Source: Takakia lepidozioides (taxonomy: Eukaryota > Plantae > Bryophyta). Taken from it: DNA of 64,000 bases. The notes under the pieces were generated by a model, which was not told the origin of the DNA, ran no database searches, and was given only the letters and a program-made list of their open reading frames with translations. The stretch's first letter is position 1; each line of letters begins with the position of its first letter. This document shows positions 39,211 to 52,100 of this stretch, one piece after another. Where the stretch lies: contig CM060734.1 in NCBI GenBank assembly GCA_030704615.1, positions 5,766,001 through 5,830,000 of the forward strand, in the 5' to 3' direction. Made by a program: the position numbers and the translations under genes.

Positions 39211-40733
39211 CATCCATGGCCACTCATGGCAGTTTAGCCATTTCTCCAAGGGGTTTAGCCACGCCACGCTAGGGTTTGTGTCTCTTGGACTCTAGGCTTC
39301 TTTGCACCGAGCTATGGCGGCTGTGAAGAAAACAACAAGGTATTCTTGTTCTTTCGGCTCCCACACACCACCAATAGTAGCCCTAAGCCATGAGGAAGAT
39401 GGTTGCCACAAACCAAGCATTCTTTCTCACTTAGACTCCCCAAACACGCCACTAAACTCAATGGCAAACAACCAAGCCTTGCTGGTTTGTAGCCCTGGTG
39501 AGCACTGATTCAAGCGTTTCCCTTGGCCATAGCATCTGTCTTAGAGCCTATTCCATCCCCCTACACCTGCCACTTCAAGAGCCATGCTCTATCTAGGCTT
39601 GAGGTTGAAACCCCAACTCAGAACACGCTCTACAAGTGTCGGACTGTCACATAAGAGCAGATCAGCCCCTTACCTTCTCTTCTAATTCTCTAAAGCTTGA
39701 AAACAAAAGCCCAATGGACTGAAGGCATGCTCCACACATGCCCCACTCTCACCAACAGAGAATCAGCCCCTTTGCTTTCTTTCTTGCACCCACCAACCTG
39801 AAAATACACGCTTCAGCGGGCTGGAAGCATGCTCCACACCCTACAGGGAAACCAGCCCCTTCCTTCATTTCTTGCACTCCCAAACCTGAAAGTACAAGCC
39901 TTCATCAAGCTGAAAGCATGCTCCACACATGCATTGCTCTCACATAAGGGAAGTCAGCCCTTCCCTCTTCCTTGCTTGTCCTCCAAGCTTGAAGATGGAA
40001 GCTTCAATGAGCTGAATACATGCTCCACACATGCAACCTCTTCACATAAGAGGTATCAGCCCCCTATCTTGGCTCCTTAGCTCCTTGATGGTCTCTAAGA
40101 CAAGACTAAGCACTCCACAGCCCTTGCCAAGCTACTAAAACCCTAAGGCTTACATTTCCAGCCACAAGACACTCCTCTTGTGGTGCAAGAGCTCTTCTTC
40201 CAAGCTCTGAAACCCTAGGTGCACATTCCATGGCCTTGCCGCACCTCTTAGCTCCTGTTCCAGCCCTGCTCTTGCCATGACAAGAGCCCTCTCAATGCTG
40301 AAGCCCGAGATTGAAACCCAATCTCAACATACTCCTCAAAGTGCACTGATTTGCCCCAAGCCAAATCAGCCCTTTCGCTTGGTCTTGCAATCCTTCACAC
40401 AATGAAAGTTCGCATTCCCAAGTCCAGTTCTCAGCTTTGCCACCAAAGCCACTATAACCTGCTCTTGACTGGTCCTCTTCTCAATCGTGCTTGTTCATGC
40501 ATGTACACAATCTGAAACCATCAAGGTGCTCTGGAATTACCTGCAGCATGGTGCTTTCATCTCTGAAGTTGAAGATCGAATGCCAAGGTCTACCACCTCG
40601 TAACCCACATCGCCTCCGCTTCTAGCAACCAAGAGCTCCACGGTGCTCCTTGCATAACAACCTGGTTTCTCTCATTCTCAAGCAAAAACCACAAGTGCTA
40701 CAACTAACTCGTATCTGGCACTGACAGATATGA

Positions 40734-40750
40734 GCTCATCTTTCTCGAGT
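40734..40750 (-). promoter_or_regulatory. Putative self-priming primer-binding site
   Basis: gctcatctttctcgagt (40734-40750) is the exact reverse complement of actcgagaaagatgagc (40904-40920) inside the adjacent repeat X. There is no TGG start as in a tRNA-type PBS. Confidence 0.65.
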
Positions 40751-41065
40751 GATAAAGAAGAAGAATACAAGCACGAGCTCACAAATCTGAAGCATAAACT
40801 CATGCATATATAACCTCATCACTCAAATACAAGTCAAGCCAAGTGCACCCCACGCCATGGGGAATCCACACTACGGCGCCATAGGTAGGCGCGGTGAGGC
40901 TCAACTCGAGAAAGATGAGCCTCCCGCGCTTGCCGTGAAGATAACCACTCCAGGGCCTAAATCTGCCTTGACCCCTGGATTGACACTTGGGCCATCCCAA
41001 ATGTCAATATATAAAAGCTAGCTATTTTCTAGCTAGTTTCACACTAGTGGTAAAATAATTTGACA
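40750..41065 (-). repeat. 5' terminal repeat X of the DNMT element
   Basis: 316 bp, TG...CA, near-identical to 31230-31545 and 31737-32052. Confidence 0.93.
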
Positions 41066-41229
41066 AAATAAACGTTGGATCAAAAGAGAAACTGAATTAT
41101 GAAGCTTGTGAGGTTAGGGCTTTGAAAAAAAAAAATTTGTCGGGGATTTTGTGTTTTTAGACTTTTGTTTTTCTATGGTTTCAATTTTTTAATTTTCTTG
41201 GATGTGAAACAATTACATACCTATTCGAG

Positions 41230-42560
41230 ATGGAGCAATTTGTTCCTACAACCCCTAGGGAAGCATATCTTTATAATTATTATGTGAACTTTCAGAGTGT
41301 GAATCGTGATCTGACTGTTCAATTGAATTTGGCTCAAACGAGGAATTTGGAAGAGATCCGGGCAAAAGATCTTGAAGCTGAAGCTTTGCTACAAAGAAAT
41401 GATGAGCATTTTCAAAGTGAGATTTCGACCTTGAAGGCAAAGTTAGATACAATCTCAATCGAGAAGGAGAAATTATTACTGGATAATGAAATTTTGCAAG
41501 AAGAAAATCAACTCTTATACATGAAGGTGCAATTTCTGGATGATCAAGTTGCCACTCTTTTATCAGAGAAAGTAAGTTTTGAGCAAGATAATGCAATGGC
41601 TATTCAACAATGTAAAGAAATTGCCTTGGAGGTCGTGCAAATAAGGGACCAATTCACTCAGTTGAGAAATTTGGAAGATAACACAATTTTTGAGGCAAAG
41701 CTAAATTCTTGCAATTATCAAAAATCGCAAATTTATTTGGAGGAGATCAATTTGGACGTGTGTTCAAATTTTGATACATTGAAGGTCATTGAGGAAAACT
41801 CAAGTTGGAATGGTGATTGTGACAAATTGCTTCAATTTTGTGCTTACAAACAACAATGCAAGTGTATTACCATGGAGGTGATGATATTTTCATTTCTTTT
41901 GAAATTGATACAATTGTGAAAGTCATGACCACAAAGAAGACCAAGAAAATGGTTAATAATTATCCCATGATTGAAGAACAATTGGACCTTTTGGATGGAT
42001 ATGAGGCCAATACTGCCAAAGTGATGATAGTGAATAATTTACAACCAATTGATCTATCTAAGAGCATCATTGATTGTGAAGGACTATGTGTTATAAATCA
42101 GCCAAAAAAGTTGGAAGCTGATTTTTTCCAACAGACTTTCATTATGAGACTTTTTCCAAGAGATTCTAATTTTTTTTTACAGATAGTATTTCAATTTGGG
42201 AAATTGAGAACCAAGATAATTTGGACAATTATAAAGTTTCAATGGGAAATCAAGATTTTGGTGGACTATCCGAGTCTATTGTATGCACAATTGGTGAAGC
42301 AACCCGATCCATCGATTGGGCAATTGAAGAAAGAGCTTAGCTGTTTTCATGTATGCGGTACATTTCAAATTTCGAATAATGATCAACAAAAAGTTCACAG
42401 TTTTGGATTAGCTGTGATGATACAATCAACAAATGGTGATGCGGTCTTCTCTGAAAACAATTGGATTCCTAGTCTACAAGATCATGAATTGCCTCGGAGT
42501 TCATCTCAACAGTTAAGAAAGAGCTTGGTGCTAAACATTCATTCGATACTATATCACTAA
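41230..42560 (+). pseudogene. Coiled-coil ORF(s) of the AT-rich host LTR element
   Basis: Overlapping ORFs 41230-41919 (E/L/Q-rich heptads) and 41838-42560 lie between the two 1.1-kb direct repeats. No enzymatic motif was recognised. Confidence 0.4.
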
Positions 42561-42642
42561 TTCCTTCAGGAGATAATCCAATTAAATATATATATATATC
42601 TCTTCATATAAGACATTTTATAAATTGGCAACGATGGAGCTC

Positions 42643-43761
42643 AAGAATTTGGGATCCTGGAAGGAAGTGTTTCTGAGTGTAAGGACTTCAAGTCGTGCTT
42701 AATATATAAGCATAGGACACCATATCCCACAATACATCCGCAGAAGGTGATTTGTTTGCGAGGACGCAAACAGATGAGTGTGGGAGTATGTCATGTATTC
42801 ATGTATTGTGAAGAAGCTTGAGGGGATGTAATGCATAAGAAAAATAGAGTGATTCTACAGGAGGATATAGTTTGAAATAGGAGTGGGGCTCTTTATTAGT
42901 TTCTTCTGAAGTTATTATCAACAAATTTTATTTTTTAATCTTAAAGAAAATGGTGGAGACATTATGATGAAGGAAGAAGACATGTTCATGGCTGAGAAAC
43001 TTGTGATTGTCAAGACGATGAAGTGGAGGAACCACCTGCCAAGAAGATTATGACTTAGATTTTTCTTAAGAGATAGTGTTTGCGGGGGTGCTGCACAACT
43101 AGGAGTAAGGCTATGTAGAATAATAGAAAATTCTTTGTGGAGTAGCATTTAGAATTGAAGTGCAAATGAACAAGAATTGGATGTGAAATTGCACTATGGG
43201 GTTCGATAATTTGATAGAATTGGGTAGGATGATAGAACGGAAGTAAATTCAGATAATGAGGATGATAATTGGTAGGAATGAGGTTATTAGGATAGATGTC
43301 AGCCCATTGAATCAGTGCTAGGTAGTTATGGTAGTTAGAGTAGGACACTATGAGTTCAGCTGAACTGATGTATTCATGGTCATTCGAGCGAGAGTGCCGA
43401 GGCCCTAGCACATAAGATGCTAGTTTGTCGTTTTCAGTAGCTTAAGTAAGAGATAAGAAGAATATGAGTAGTGTGATGAGACAAAGATTTATTGAAAGAT
43501 TCTGTAAGCTTCATGTTAATGTGATGAGATGTTGAAGTTTAATGGGAAGAATTTTGTGTGAAAGAAAAAGATGAGGATTATTTGATGAAGTGTGCAGATC
43601 AATATGAGAGGAATTTAATTGAGATGAATATTAAGACATTTATTGTTGGGAGACAATTAGAAGTAGATATAGTGTTCTAATCGCGACATAGCAATTCAAT
43701 TGTGTGCTTTCCCTGCGAACGAACCTTAGAACTAATTAATCCTTTTCTTTAGGATTGATTA
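42643..43761 (+). repeat. LTR-like direct repeat, copy 2, truncated just before the LTR end
   Basis: Near-identical to 29857-30981. Confidence 0.85.
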
Positions 43762-46109
43762 GAACTGGTTCTTCACAACATGAAGGACACTGTTGAGAAG
43801 GCTAAGGCACGTTATGGGTACTTTTGCTGCCTTGGTTGATTCTTACAAGACCAGGATGGAAAGTTACAACGACAGGTGAAGGCATTCCAATGCAAAGAGG
43901 AGCAAGAACTGAGAAGTTATACTCGTCAGCAGGTCGATGATCACATTCTTCAGCTATGGTTGAACGGCGAGCCGGTGGATGGCAAGGTACCTCGCAAATT
44001 GACTAGGGAAGAAATCATTTCCAACAGCAAGTGCAGGCCATTGCCACCAATACTATTGACGGAGTCTATAGTACAATACCTGATTTGCAGGAAGACATAG
44101 ACACTGTTCAGATTCAAGTGGATGAATTAATCTCTGGCATGGAGAAGCGGCAACAATTGGAGGTCAACGAGGCAAAGCTATACAGGTCTTGGATACAGTG
44201 GCTATAGTATCACACTCACCCAAGGTATCACATGTGGACTTGAGCACTCCAGTGCCAGACACTCAGCTTGCTGTCTGGAATGAACCCTTTGTTCCACCAC
44301 AGACTTTTGCTCAACAGGCCTATAATGATGTTGTACTTCTACCTCTTCGGCAGATTCCCCAAGTCATGGAAATGGCTTGAAAACATTTCACACATGTGCA
44401 GTCATTGGGGCAATATTACCACATCATGCGTCATTGGTTGCCATTGGCAACAAGGCACAGAGTTTTTGATGCGAACACACAGTTGTAGGATCACGCCTTT
44501 GCTTAGTGCTCGCACGGTGCAAGTGACATGATGAAGGAGTTGCTGGCATTCCAAGTTATTCATGGTCTGGTGTCGACCAAAACCAAAGAGACAGCCAACA
44601 TTGTCATGAGATGTGGTACTTACTATGCAGCCTGTTTTCTTCTCAGATACCAAATCGAGCGACAAACAATGCATCAGAGGTATCTCTCTTTTCCCAATGG
44701 ACCTCAATGGCAACTGCCTTTGCCTCCCCAGTTTACATATCATGATGTCAGGCTCATGCTCCAGCATGACACACAGCTCCGGTCTTGGTTTCAAACGGCT
44801 CAAGATCACCTGAGACAGATTCTCTGGGATCATAATCATCTTTTTCTTAAGGGGCAGATGGCTAGGCAATGGCTTGAGACCTCCAAGCATCTCCACAAAC
44901 CACCCAATTACACGGAGTGTGCACTGCGCACATATACTGCTCTGGCTAGGAAGAAAGTAGACAGAGCTTGTCTTGACAATGTTCCAGACATGGTAGGCAT
45001 TGATGGGATGCCAATGGACCTATTAGTTCAGCACAGGAGCCAGAAGGGCCAGCATAATGCGAAGGAACCCCATGTCTCGAGTTCGTCCAGTAAAGATGTG
45101 TTGGACATGGCGGAGCAGTATGAACAGGTCATGGGTGACAGAGCAAGGAGGAGTTCTCCCATTCCTGAAGGGCTTCCCAACTATATTAGGCCAGGACAAT
45201 CAGCTCCAATCAGCAGACAGCCATCTCCGCCACGGACCGATGCAGTTCGGGCTAAAACTCTAAGCCCTTGTACCGAATCTCGTCCACGAAAATGTGCCTG
45301 TTCACCAAGGTATGAAGACCCCACACATTAACCGTGAGGGCACGGCTTTTTTGGAGGAGGGATAATGTTATAGGGCTGTCTGGGACTTAGGCAGAATTGG
45401 GGTTTTTGTGGGTACCCCTAAATTTTGCGCAGCTGTGGTGCTTCATGACTGTGTGATCACAGCCCGACACAGGTCACAGGTCACAGGCGCTGTTACCACA
45501 GACGGGGAACAGGAGGCGGGAACACCACCAGCAGGGACACAATATAGTTACGAGCTAATTGGCGGTTAGAGGCACGGTTAGACAGTTATAGCTTGCAGGT
45601 GAAGAGCCAGCGGAAGGAGGGGGAACGGATCACTTCTTGGATCGCTTCTGGCATTAGGGGGAGAGTACGATCTTGGAGCATAGAGATGGAGAGTACACAG
45701 AGGAAGAGATGATCTGATGTTGTTTGATACATGCAAGCTGTAGAGATGTACTGTAGGGCAGAATAGAGACACCATGGCTTTGGCCTGATACTTGATAGAT
45801 ATTAATATGATTCATATTTCATATATACACTGTGTAGAGAGAACTGAGTGAAGCTGTGGAATGAATGCTTAAGTAGATGGAACATGGTAGATTGCAGAAG
45901 CAATCTGATACTTAAGCCTAGGCAGTAAGGGAACTTACTAAACATGAATGCAAGAAGGAATAGATATAGGAAAGCACCCCCATGATACACTAGCTGTAGG
46001 TCATGACTGTTTGTTCTGAGCGGGAGGAGTACTTAGAGATATCCAACTCTTCTATCTGGAGTTTCCACCTCAGATAGCTAAGGGATGGGTGAGTAAAAGC
46101 CGCTCAACA
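43762..46109 (+). mobile_element. 3' end of another LTR element: unknown ORF 44528-45331, PPT and LTR about 45366-46109
   Basis: ccgtgagggcacgg...ggaggagggataa is followed by TGTTA at 45366, a typical Gypsy 3' end. The candidate LTR end is ...CAACA at 46109. No partner LTR is present. Confidence 0.55.
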
Positions 46110-46146
46110 TCCATGTGTTTCATTTTTCCTTAGCAGTGGCGCCTCG

Positions 46147-49100
46147 TGTCGCGCACCTCACTTCGGTAAGCTCCCCTTCAAGTCATAGTTACTCGCTTTG
46201 ATGCGTGCGCCTAACCCTCTAACTGGCCGCCGAGCCAACTCGGAGCTTCGGCTGCTCACCGGGACATAACGGTCCCCCTTTACTCCTCCACAAGACCCTC
46301 TCCCAATTTGGGCCCAGTGGAAATTCCCTTTGGTCGATGGCAGTCCGGAATAGCTCCCCACACCTTGGTCGCTTTCCGGCTCCCACGCTTACTCACTAGT
46401 TTTTGGACACCAACGGGCTTGCACCGTTCTCGGGGTTACTACTCCCTATATATACTTCTGTGACTGTCCGCGGGGGTTTCACAAACAACCATGCCATTTT
46501 ATGGCGAACCACCATGAAAATCCTCGATTCCCGGTGATGAGTCGCGGTGAGTCTTGGCCCACCCACCACGGTCCCATTGGACCGTGATGAGTCCCAGACT
46601 CCCCACGACTCCCTCCACAAGGTCTCCGCCCCATGGTGAGTCCTATGCCACCCCCACTAAGTCCCACTAAGCTACCACCACCCTTGTGGAACCACCCCCA
46701 CCGCAACCCTGTGTGCGGGGCTCCACCTAGTGAGCGCCTCCGCCTTCTTGAGTGCCTTAGGCACTCAAGGGTGCTTCAGCCCCCGCAACTAATGTTGCCA
46801 CTGCCCCCACCACAGGGGCAGCCCTCACGTGTCCCGACCCCCTGCCCTCAAGGCAAAGGGCCGCGACACACACCCTACCAACAGGGAGTCGATGTCCTCA
46901 TCGACTTGTCCATTTTGTAGAAACGAACATCCAAGTTGTGGCGTCCCACATCAAGGAGTTTGTTTCCGCACCATGGCGTCCCATGGCTAAGAACCAAACC
47001 CCCACTTGACTCTACTCTCCACTAGCTAGTTCGGCGACTTCCTCCAAGTCCCGACCAAGGGTGGAGCCTCTCAAGCTCCTCCCAGTGCACTCTTCTTGAC
47101 CCACTTCAGGGCCAAGGAACGATCCTCCCCGAGGATTGAATCGCCTTACTGCAACAATATTTGCTTGCGACCGCTCGTGATGTCGCTTTTGGCATCACCT
47201 TGAGCAAGGGTTCGCCTTGAACCCTTTTTTTACTAGGAAGATAACCTTGAACCAACCGTGCGCCCCAATCACTACAATTGGGTCCGCCTTGGAATGCTGT
47301 GGCCTGAGGTACGGGGAACACGCCGACGAAGCCGCACTACGACTTCGTCCCGAGGCTACACGATTATAGTAACGTGAACGGAAGCACGTAGCTTCCGCGT
47401 TAGCCCGCACTACAAGACAATCCCTTGGTAGCGCAGGTTAAGTACGCGTACAGCCAGGTGCGCACTAGCACATGAACTCCCAACGAAGGTGCAAGTTTCC
47501 TTGCCCCTTGGGTGGGAGTCACTCGATTTCGGCACTACACAAACACACGATTAATCCAATTTACCTCTCCCACTTTGTAAGCTTAGCATGCATTCTACAC
47601 ACTAGCCAACCATACCATGCATCACCATTCCAAACCCAAACAAAATTAGGACGCACAACATTGGAAACCATTTCATTATAACAAAATTGTACAAACAAGT
47701 TTTTGCAATCGGATTCCTGAGCTAGCTAAGCCGGGCTAAGCATGCATTTCCTCCCCACGATCCAAGGTTGATGTCCACTCAACGCTTCTTCCGCTTTTGA
47801 GGTCGCCCTTCAAAAATGTAACCGCCTCGATGCGTTTCCCATTCTGAGGCACGAACCCAAGATGCCTCCACATGATGATAGCCCTTCCATTTCACGAGAT
47901 ACTCCGTTTCTTGATTCTTGAACCTCCTCGACTTAAGCACTGCCTCCACCTCGTACTCAGGTTCATTTTCATGATCCAACAGCACAGGTGGCGGACGCAA
48001 CACTTGATGTCGATTCAGACGCGTTTCATCTTTAAAGTAAGGCTTGAAAAGGGAGACGTGGAATATCGGATGCACCTTGCTGTTGCCTGCAGCTCCAATT
48101 CATACACATCCTCATTCATAACCTTCCGGATGCGAAAGGGTCCCGCATACTGAGGTACGAACTTTGGACTCACTTCCGGAGGTAGTCGAAAATTCTTGAT
48201 GTTCAACCAGACCTCTTGCCTCAAACTTAACTCCCTCCGCTTCCGATTCGCCTGCCGTTCATACCGTTTCCTAGCTTTTGCAATGTTGTATTTTGCGAGC
48301 TTCAACAAACATTCGCGTTCTTCCAGCACTGCCGCTGCTGCCGGTTCCTCAACGTCTTGGGCGGCCCAACTTGTCGGCACCAGAGGTGCTTTTCCATAGA
48401 CCAATACGAAAGGGGAAACTCCCGTTGCGAAGTGTTTTGTGTTATTATAACAGAACTCTGCCGCATCCAAGTGCTCCACCCAGTCCGATTGAGCCGACAC
48501 GTAATTCCGAAGATCTGCTTCACCACGGAATTCACCTTTCCGTTTGGCACGTTGTCGTAGGTCGGAAAGGCGGTGCTCATTTTGAGCCTCTGTCCCCATT
48601 TTTTCCAAAGTACCCTCCAAAATTTACTAGTAAACTTTGGGTCGCGGTCCGAGACAATATCCTTCGGGAATCCATGATGCTTGAAGACGTGGGCAAAGTA
48701 AAGTCGCCCCGTCTCGTTGCCGTCTCCTTGGTGGGGATGAAATGGCCCATTTTATTGAACCTATCCACCACCACCATGATTGCATCGAATCCTTTTGACA
48801 GCGGCATAGCAGTCATGAAGTCCATCGAGACACTTTCCCAAGACCCCTCTGGTTTTAACAGCCCCGCTTGCTTTTTGTACTCGCTCCGGTTTTGTTGGCA
48901 TGTGGTGCATGTCTTGACATACTCCTCGGCCTCCTCCCTTATTTTGGGCCAGAAATACTTTTTTTTCAAGAGTGCTGCGGTGCGCTTGGCTCCGCCGTGG
49001 CCCGCAAGCGGGCCATCATGGCATTATCTTAAGAGACTATCTCTAATCCCTCCCTTTGGCACGTAGAGACGCTTTTGCTTGTACCGGAGTAATTCATTTT

Positions 49101-52100
49101 GCAAGTGGAACTGCGATTAACCCCATCCTCAAGTCCCGCATCACGGACTTCGCCATTTCATCCTTCCGGTAAGCCTTCCGGATCTTCCTCTGGAGCGCCG
49201 TCTCGCCCTTGTACACTAACATGAGCTGCTGCTTTCTACTTAAAGCATCGGCCACCACATTGTCCCGTCCCGGTTTGTACTAGATATCCACGTCGAACAC
49301 CGCCAAAGTGTCTTGCCACCTAAGTTGTTTTGGGGACAACTTAGGCTGCGTGGCAAAATACTGCACCGTGACATTGTCCGTGAACACCTTCACCGGGTCG
49401 GAACCAACATAGTGGCGCCAAAGCTCAAGGCAATGCACCACCGTCTTCATCTCTTTCTCGTGCGTTGGCCACCGCCGCTCCACTTCCTTCAGTTTCTTAC
49501 TTTCGTAAGCCACCGGACGTCCATCCTGCATGAGTACACCTCCAATCGCGAAGTCCGACGCATCCGTATGAATCTCAATGGCGGTCGAACTCCGGGATTT
49601 TCAGGACTGGAGCTTCCGCCATCCGCTGCTTCAACTCGGCAAAAGCTTGGCCACTAAAGGTGTTCCATACCCAGACTTTGGATTTACACAGGAGGTCTGA
49701 CAGTGGCCCCGCGATCTTGGCGAAATTTCTCACATACTTTCGGTAATAGGAGGCAAGTCCTAAGAAGGATCGCACTCCTGGGACCGAAGTCGGAGGCTGC
49801 CAGTCCAAGATTGCTCTCACCTTTCTGTCATCCATTTTGATCCCATCCTGTGTAATCACATGCCCCAAGAACTCCACTTTTGTGACCCTGAATTTGCACT
49901 TTGAAGCTTTGGCATACAGCTTCCCTTCCCGTAATTTCTGGAACACCCTTTTGAGGTGCTCCAGGTGCTCTTTTCTTTTGTTTCGAGTACACCAAGATGT
50001 CGTCGATGTACACGATCACAAAGTCGTCCAACCACTCCTGGAAAAGGCTGTTCATTAGCGTGCTGAAGGTTGCGGGTGCGTTGGTGAGCCCAAAAGACAT
50101 CACCAAGAACTCATAAGAACCATACCTTGTCCTGCATGCAGCCTTTTCCTCATCTCCTTCCGCCACTCGAATTTGATGATAACCGGAGTGCAAATCGATC
50201 CAGCTGAAATACTTCGCTCCTGCCAACCGATCGAAGAGGTCGTCGATCCTTGGCAAAGGGTATCGGTTTTTGATAGTCACCTTATTCAGAGCCCTGTAAT
50301 CGACACACATCCGCAGCGTCCCATCTTTTTTATCCGCGAATAGCACCGGGGCTCCGTAAGGTGACTTACTCGGCCGGATGTACCCCTTTGACATTAGATC
50401 CTTGAGCTGAGTCTTCAGCTCGACCAACTCTTTGTGGCTCAACCGGTAGGGCGCCTTGACAGGCGGCTCCGATCCCGGTATCACCTCAATCTTGTGGTCA
50501 ACTCCTCTTCGCGGTGGCAAGCCGCTTGGTAAATCCTCCGGCATCACATCCTGATATTTCTCCAAAATCCCCTTGATCCAATCTGGGCTCGACTCCCCAT
50601 CGTCTTCTCCTTTCACTTGTCTTATGTAGAGCAAAAACTGGGGCTCGTGTGGCTCCTCCACGGCCCACTATTTCCCTGACAACAGGTTTATTCGTCCTCC
50701 CACTAGGTTGGGCGTTTCCGACACTCTTAAAACTTCGCCACCATTCCCACACGGTAGCGTGACTATTCTCTTGCGGCCATCTATGACCGCTCCTGATTTG
50801 CTCAAAAAGGTCATCCCCAAAATGAGATCCACTCCATCGATCTCGCAAATGGTGAAGTTCTCACGTCCCTCCCAACTCCCGAGCTGAAGAGGAACATCGA
50901 ACGCCAACCTCGTCGCCAATTGTGGTTCTCTTTTAGCAAAACGCACCTCAATAGAAGCCCCCACTTCACTTGTTGGGAGTCCCAGCTTCCGTGTCATTGC
51001 CGGTGTCATGAAGGAGTGTGACGCTCATATGTCCATCAACAACGACACGTTAGTTCCGGAAATTATCCCACTCACGAATAATAACTGACTCCCTTTGTGC
51101 AGGGCGCCAGTTTCCTGGTACAACTCACAAGAGTAGTTGCCTACCTTGCAAGTCTTGGCAACCACTGCCTCCACCAAGCGGCTAATGGAATCCTCGGACA
51201 ACTCCGTGGTTGCCCGAATCATGTTCAATTGTCGGGGTTTCGCGCACTTTTTGGCCATGTGCCCGGGTTCCCCGCAATTAAAGCACTCCATCAAAGGTTG
51301 CCTTCTGCCCGCCATAAGCCGCCGCACCTGGTTTTCTTTTTGGGGCACCGGGTGCCGTCTTGACGTGTGAGGGCCCTCCTTTCGATTTCCATGTGCCATT
51401 GTCGCCGCGTGGCCTATCCCACTTCTTTTCCGGTCGGAAAGAGTCACCCTCCCGCCGGACCTTCTTGTGGTTCAGCTCCATACGGCCTTGCCTTTCGCCC
51501 CTAGGACATCCGAGAAACATTCAGCCCTTTCAATTGCCTCGTTCAAAGTCTTAGGTGGCTTCTCCTCCAACTTCCGCCTGGCCCATAGGGCCAGTCCCGC
51601 CACAAAGTTGAAGACCATTTCTGGTTCTGCCATGTCCGCGACTTCGAGCAACAGCACATTGAAAGCCTGAACATATCCGTGGATGTCATCCGTTTGCTTC
51701 AAATTCCTCATCTTGTCCCGGGCGAGCCAGGACGCGTTGATGGGCACAAACTGTCTCTTCATAAGTTCCTTGAACCCACCCCAATTCAAGGTTTCCGGGT
51801 TTGGACCTCGGTCGTGAAGGCGTTTCTGCCACCATTGTTGAGCATAGCCCCTCAAATAGGTGGGAGCCACTTCCACCCGATCCTCGTCACTCAACTTGGC
51901 CGCCCGGAAGTACTGCTCTAGCTCCAAGAGTGTTGAGTGTCTTCCGATTTCGGATGCCCTCGAAGGTGTCGGGTTCCTTAAGCTTCACCTTAAATTTTGC
52001 CTCAGTGGAAGTGGCATTAGCCGCCTTCAACACATCTTTCAACGACCCGCCAAACTGCGTCAACAACCCTTCCCAAAAGGCTGCTGGAATGGGAGGCATC

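Larger units (their letters stand above)
31053..41065 (-). mobile_element. Ty3/Gypsy LTR retrotransposon encoding a C5 DNA methyltransferase and a PHD finger, with split terminal repeats
   Basis: Termini are TGTCA...CGACA. Domain order on the - strand is Zn knuckles, protease, DNMT, RT, RNase H, integrase, PHD. A PPT-like aggggggcg lies at 32245-32253. Confidence 0.9.

Noticed and set aside
31048-41070. Target-site duplication for the DNMT element
   Set aside because: The flanks aaaag and aaata do not match at 5 bp; the 3/4 match at 4 bp is uninformative in A-rich DNA.
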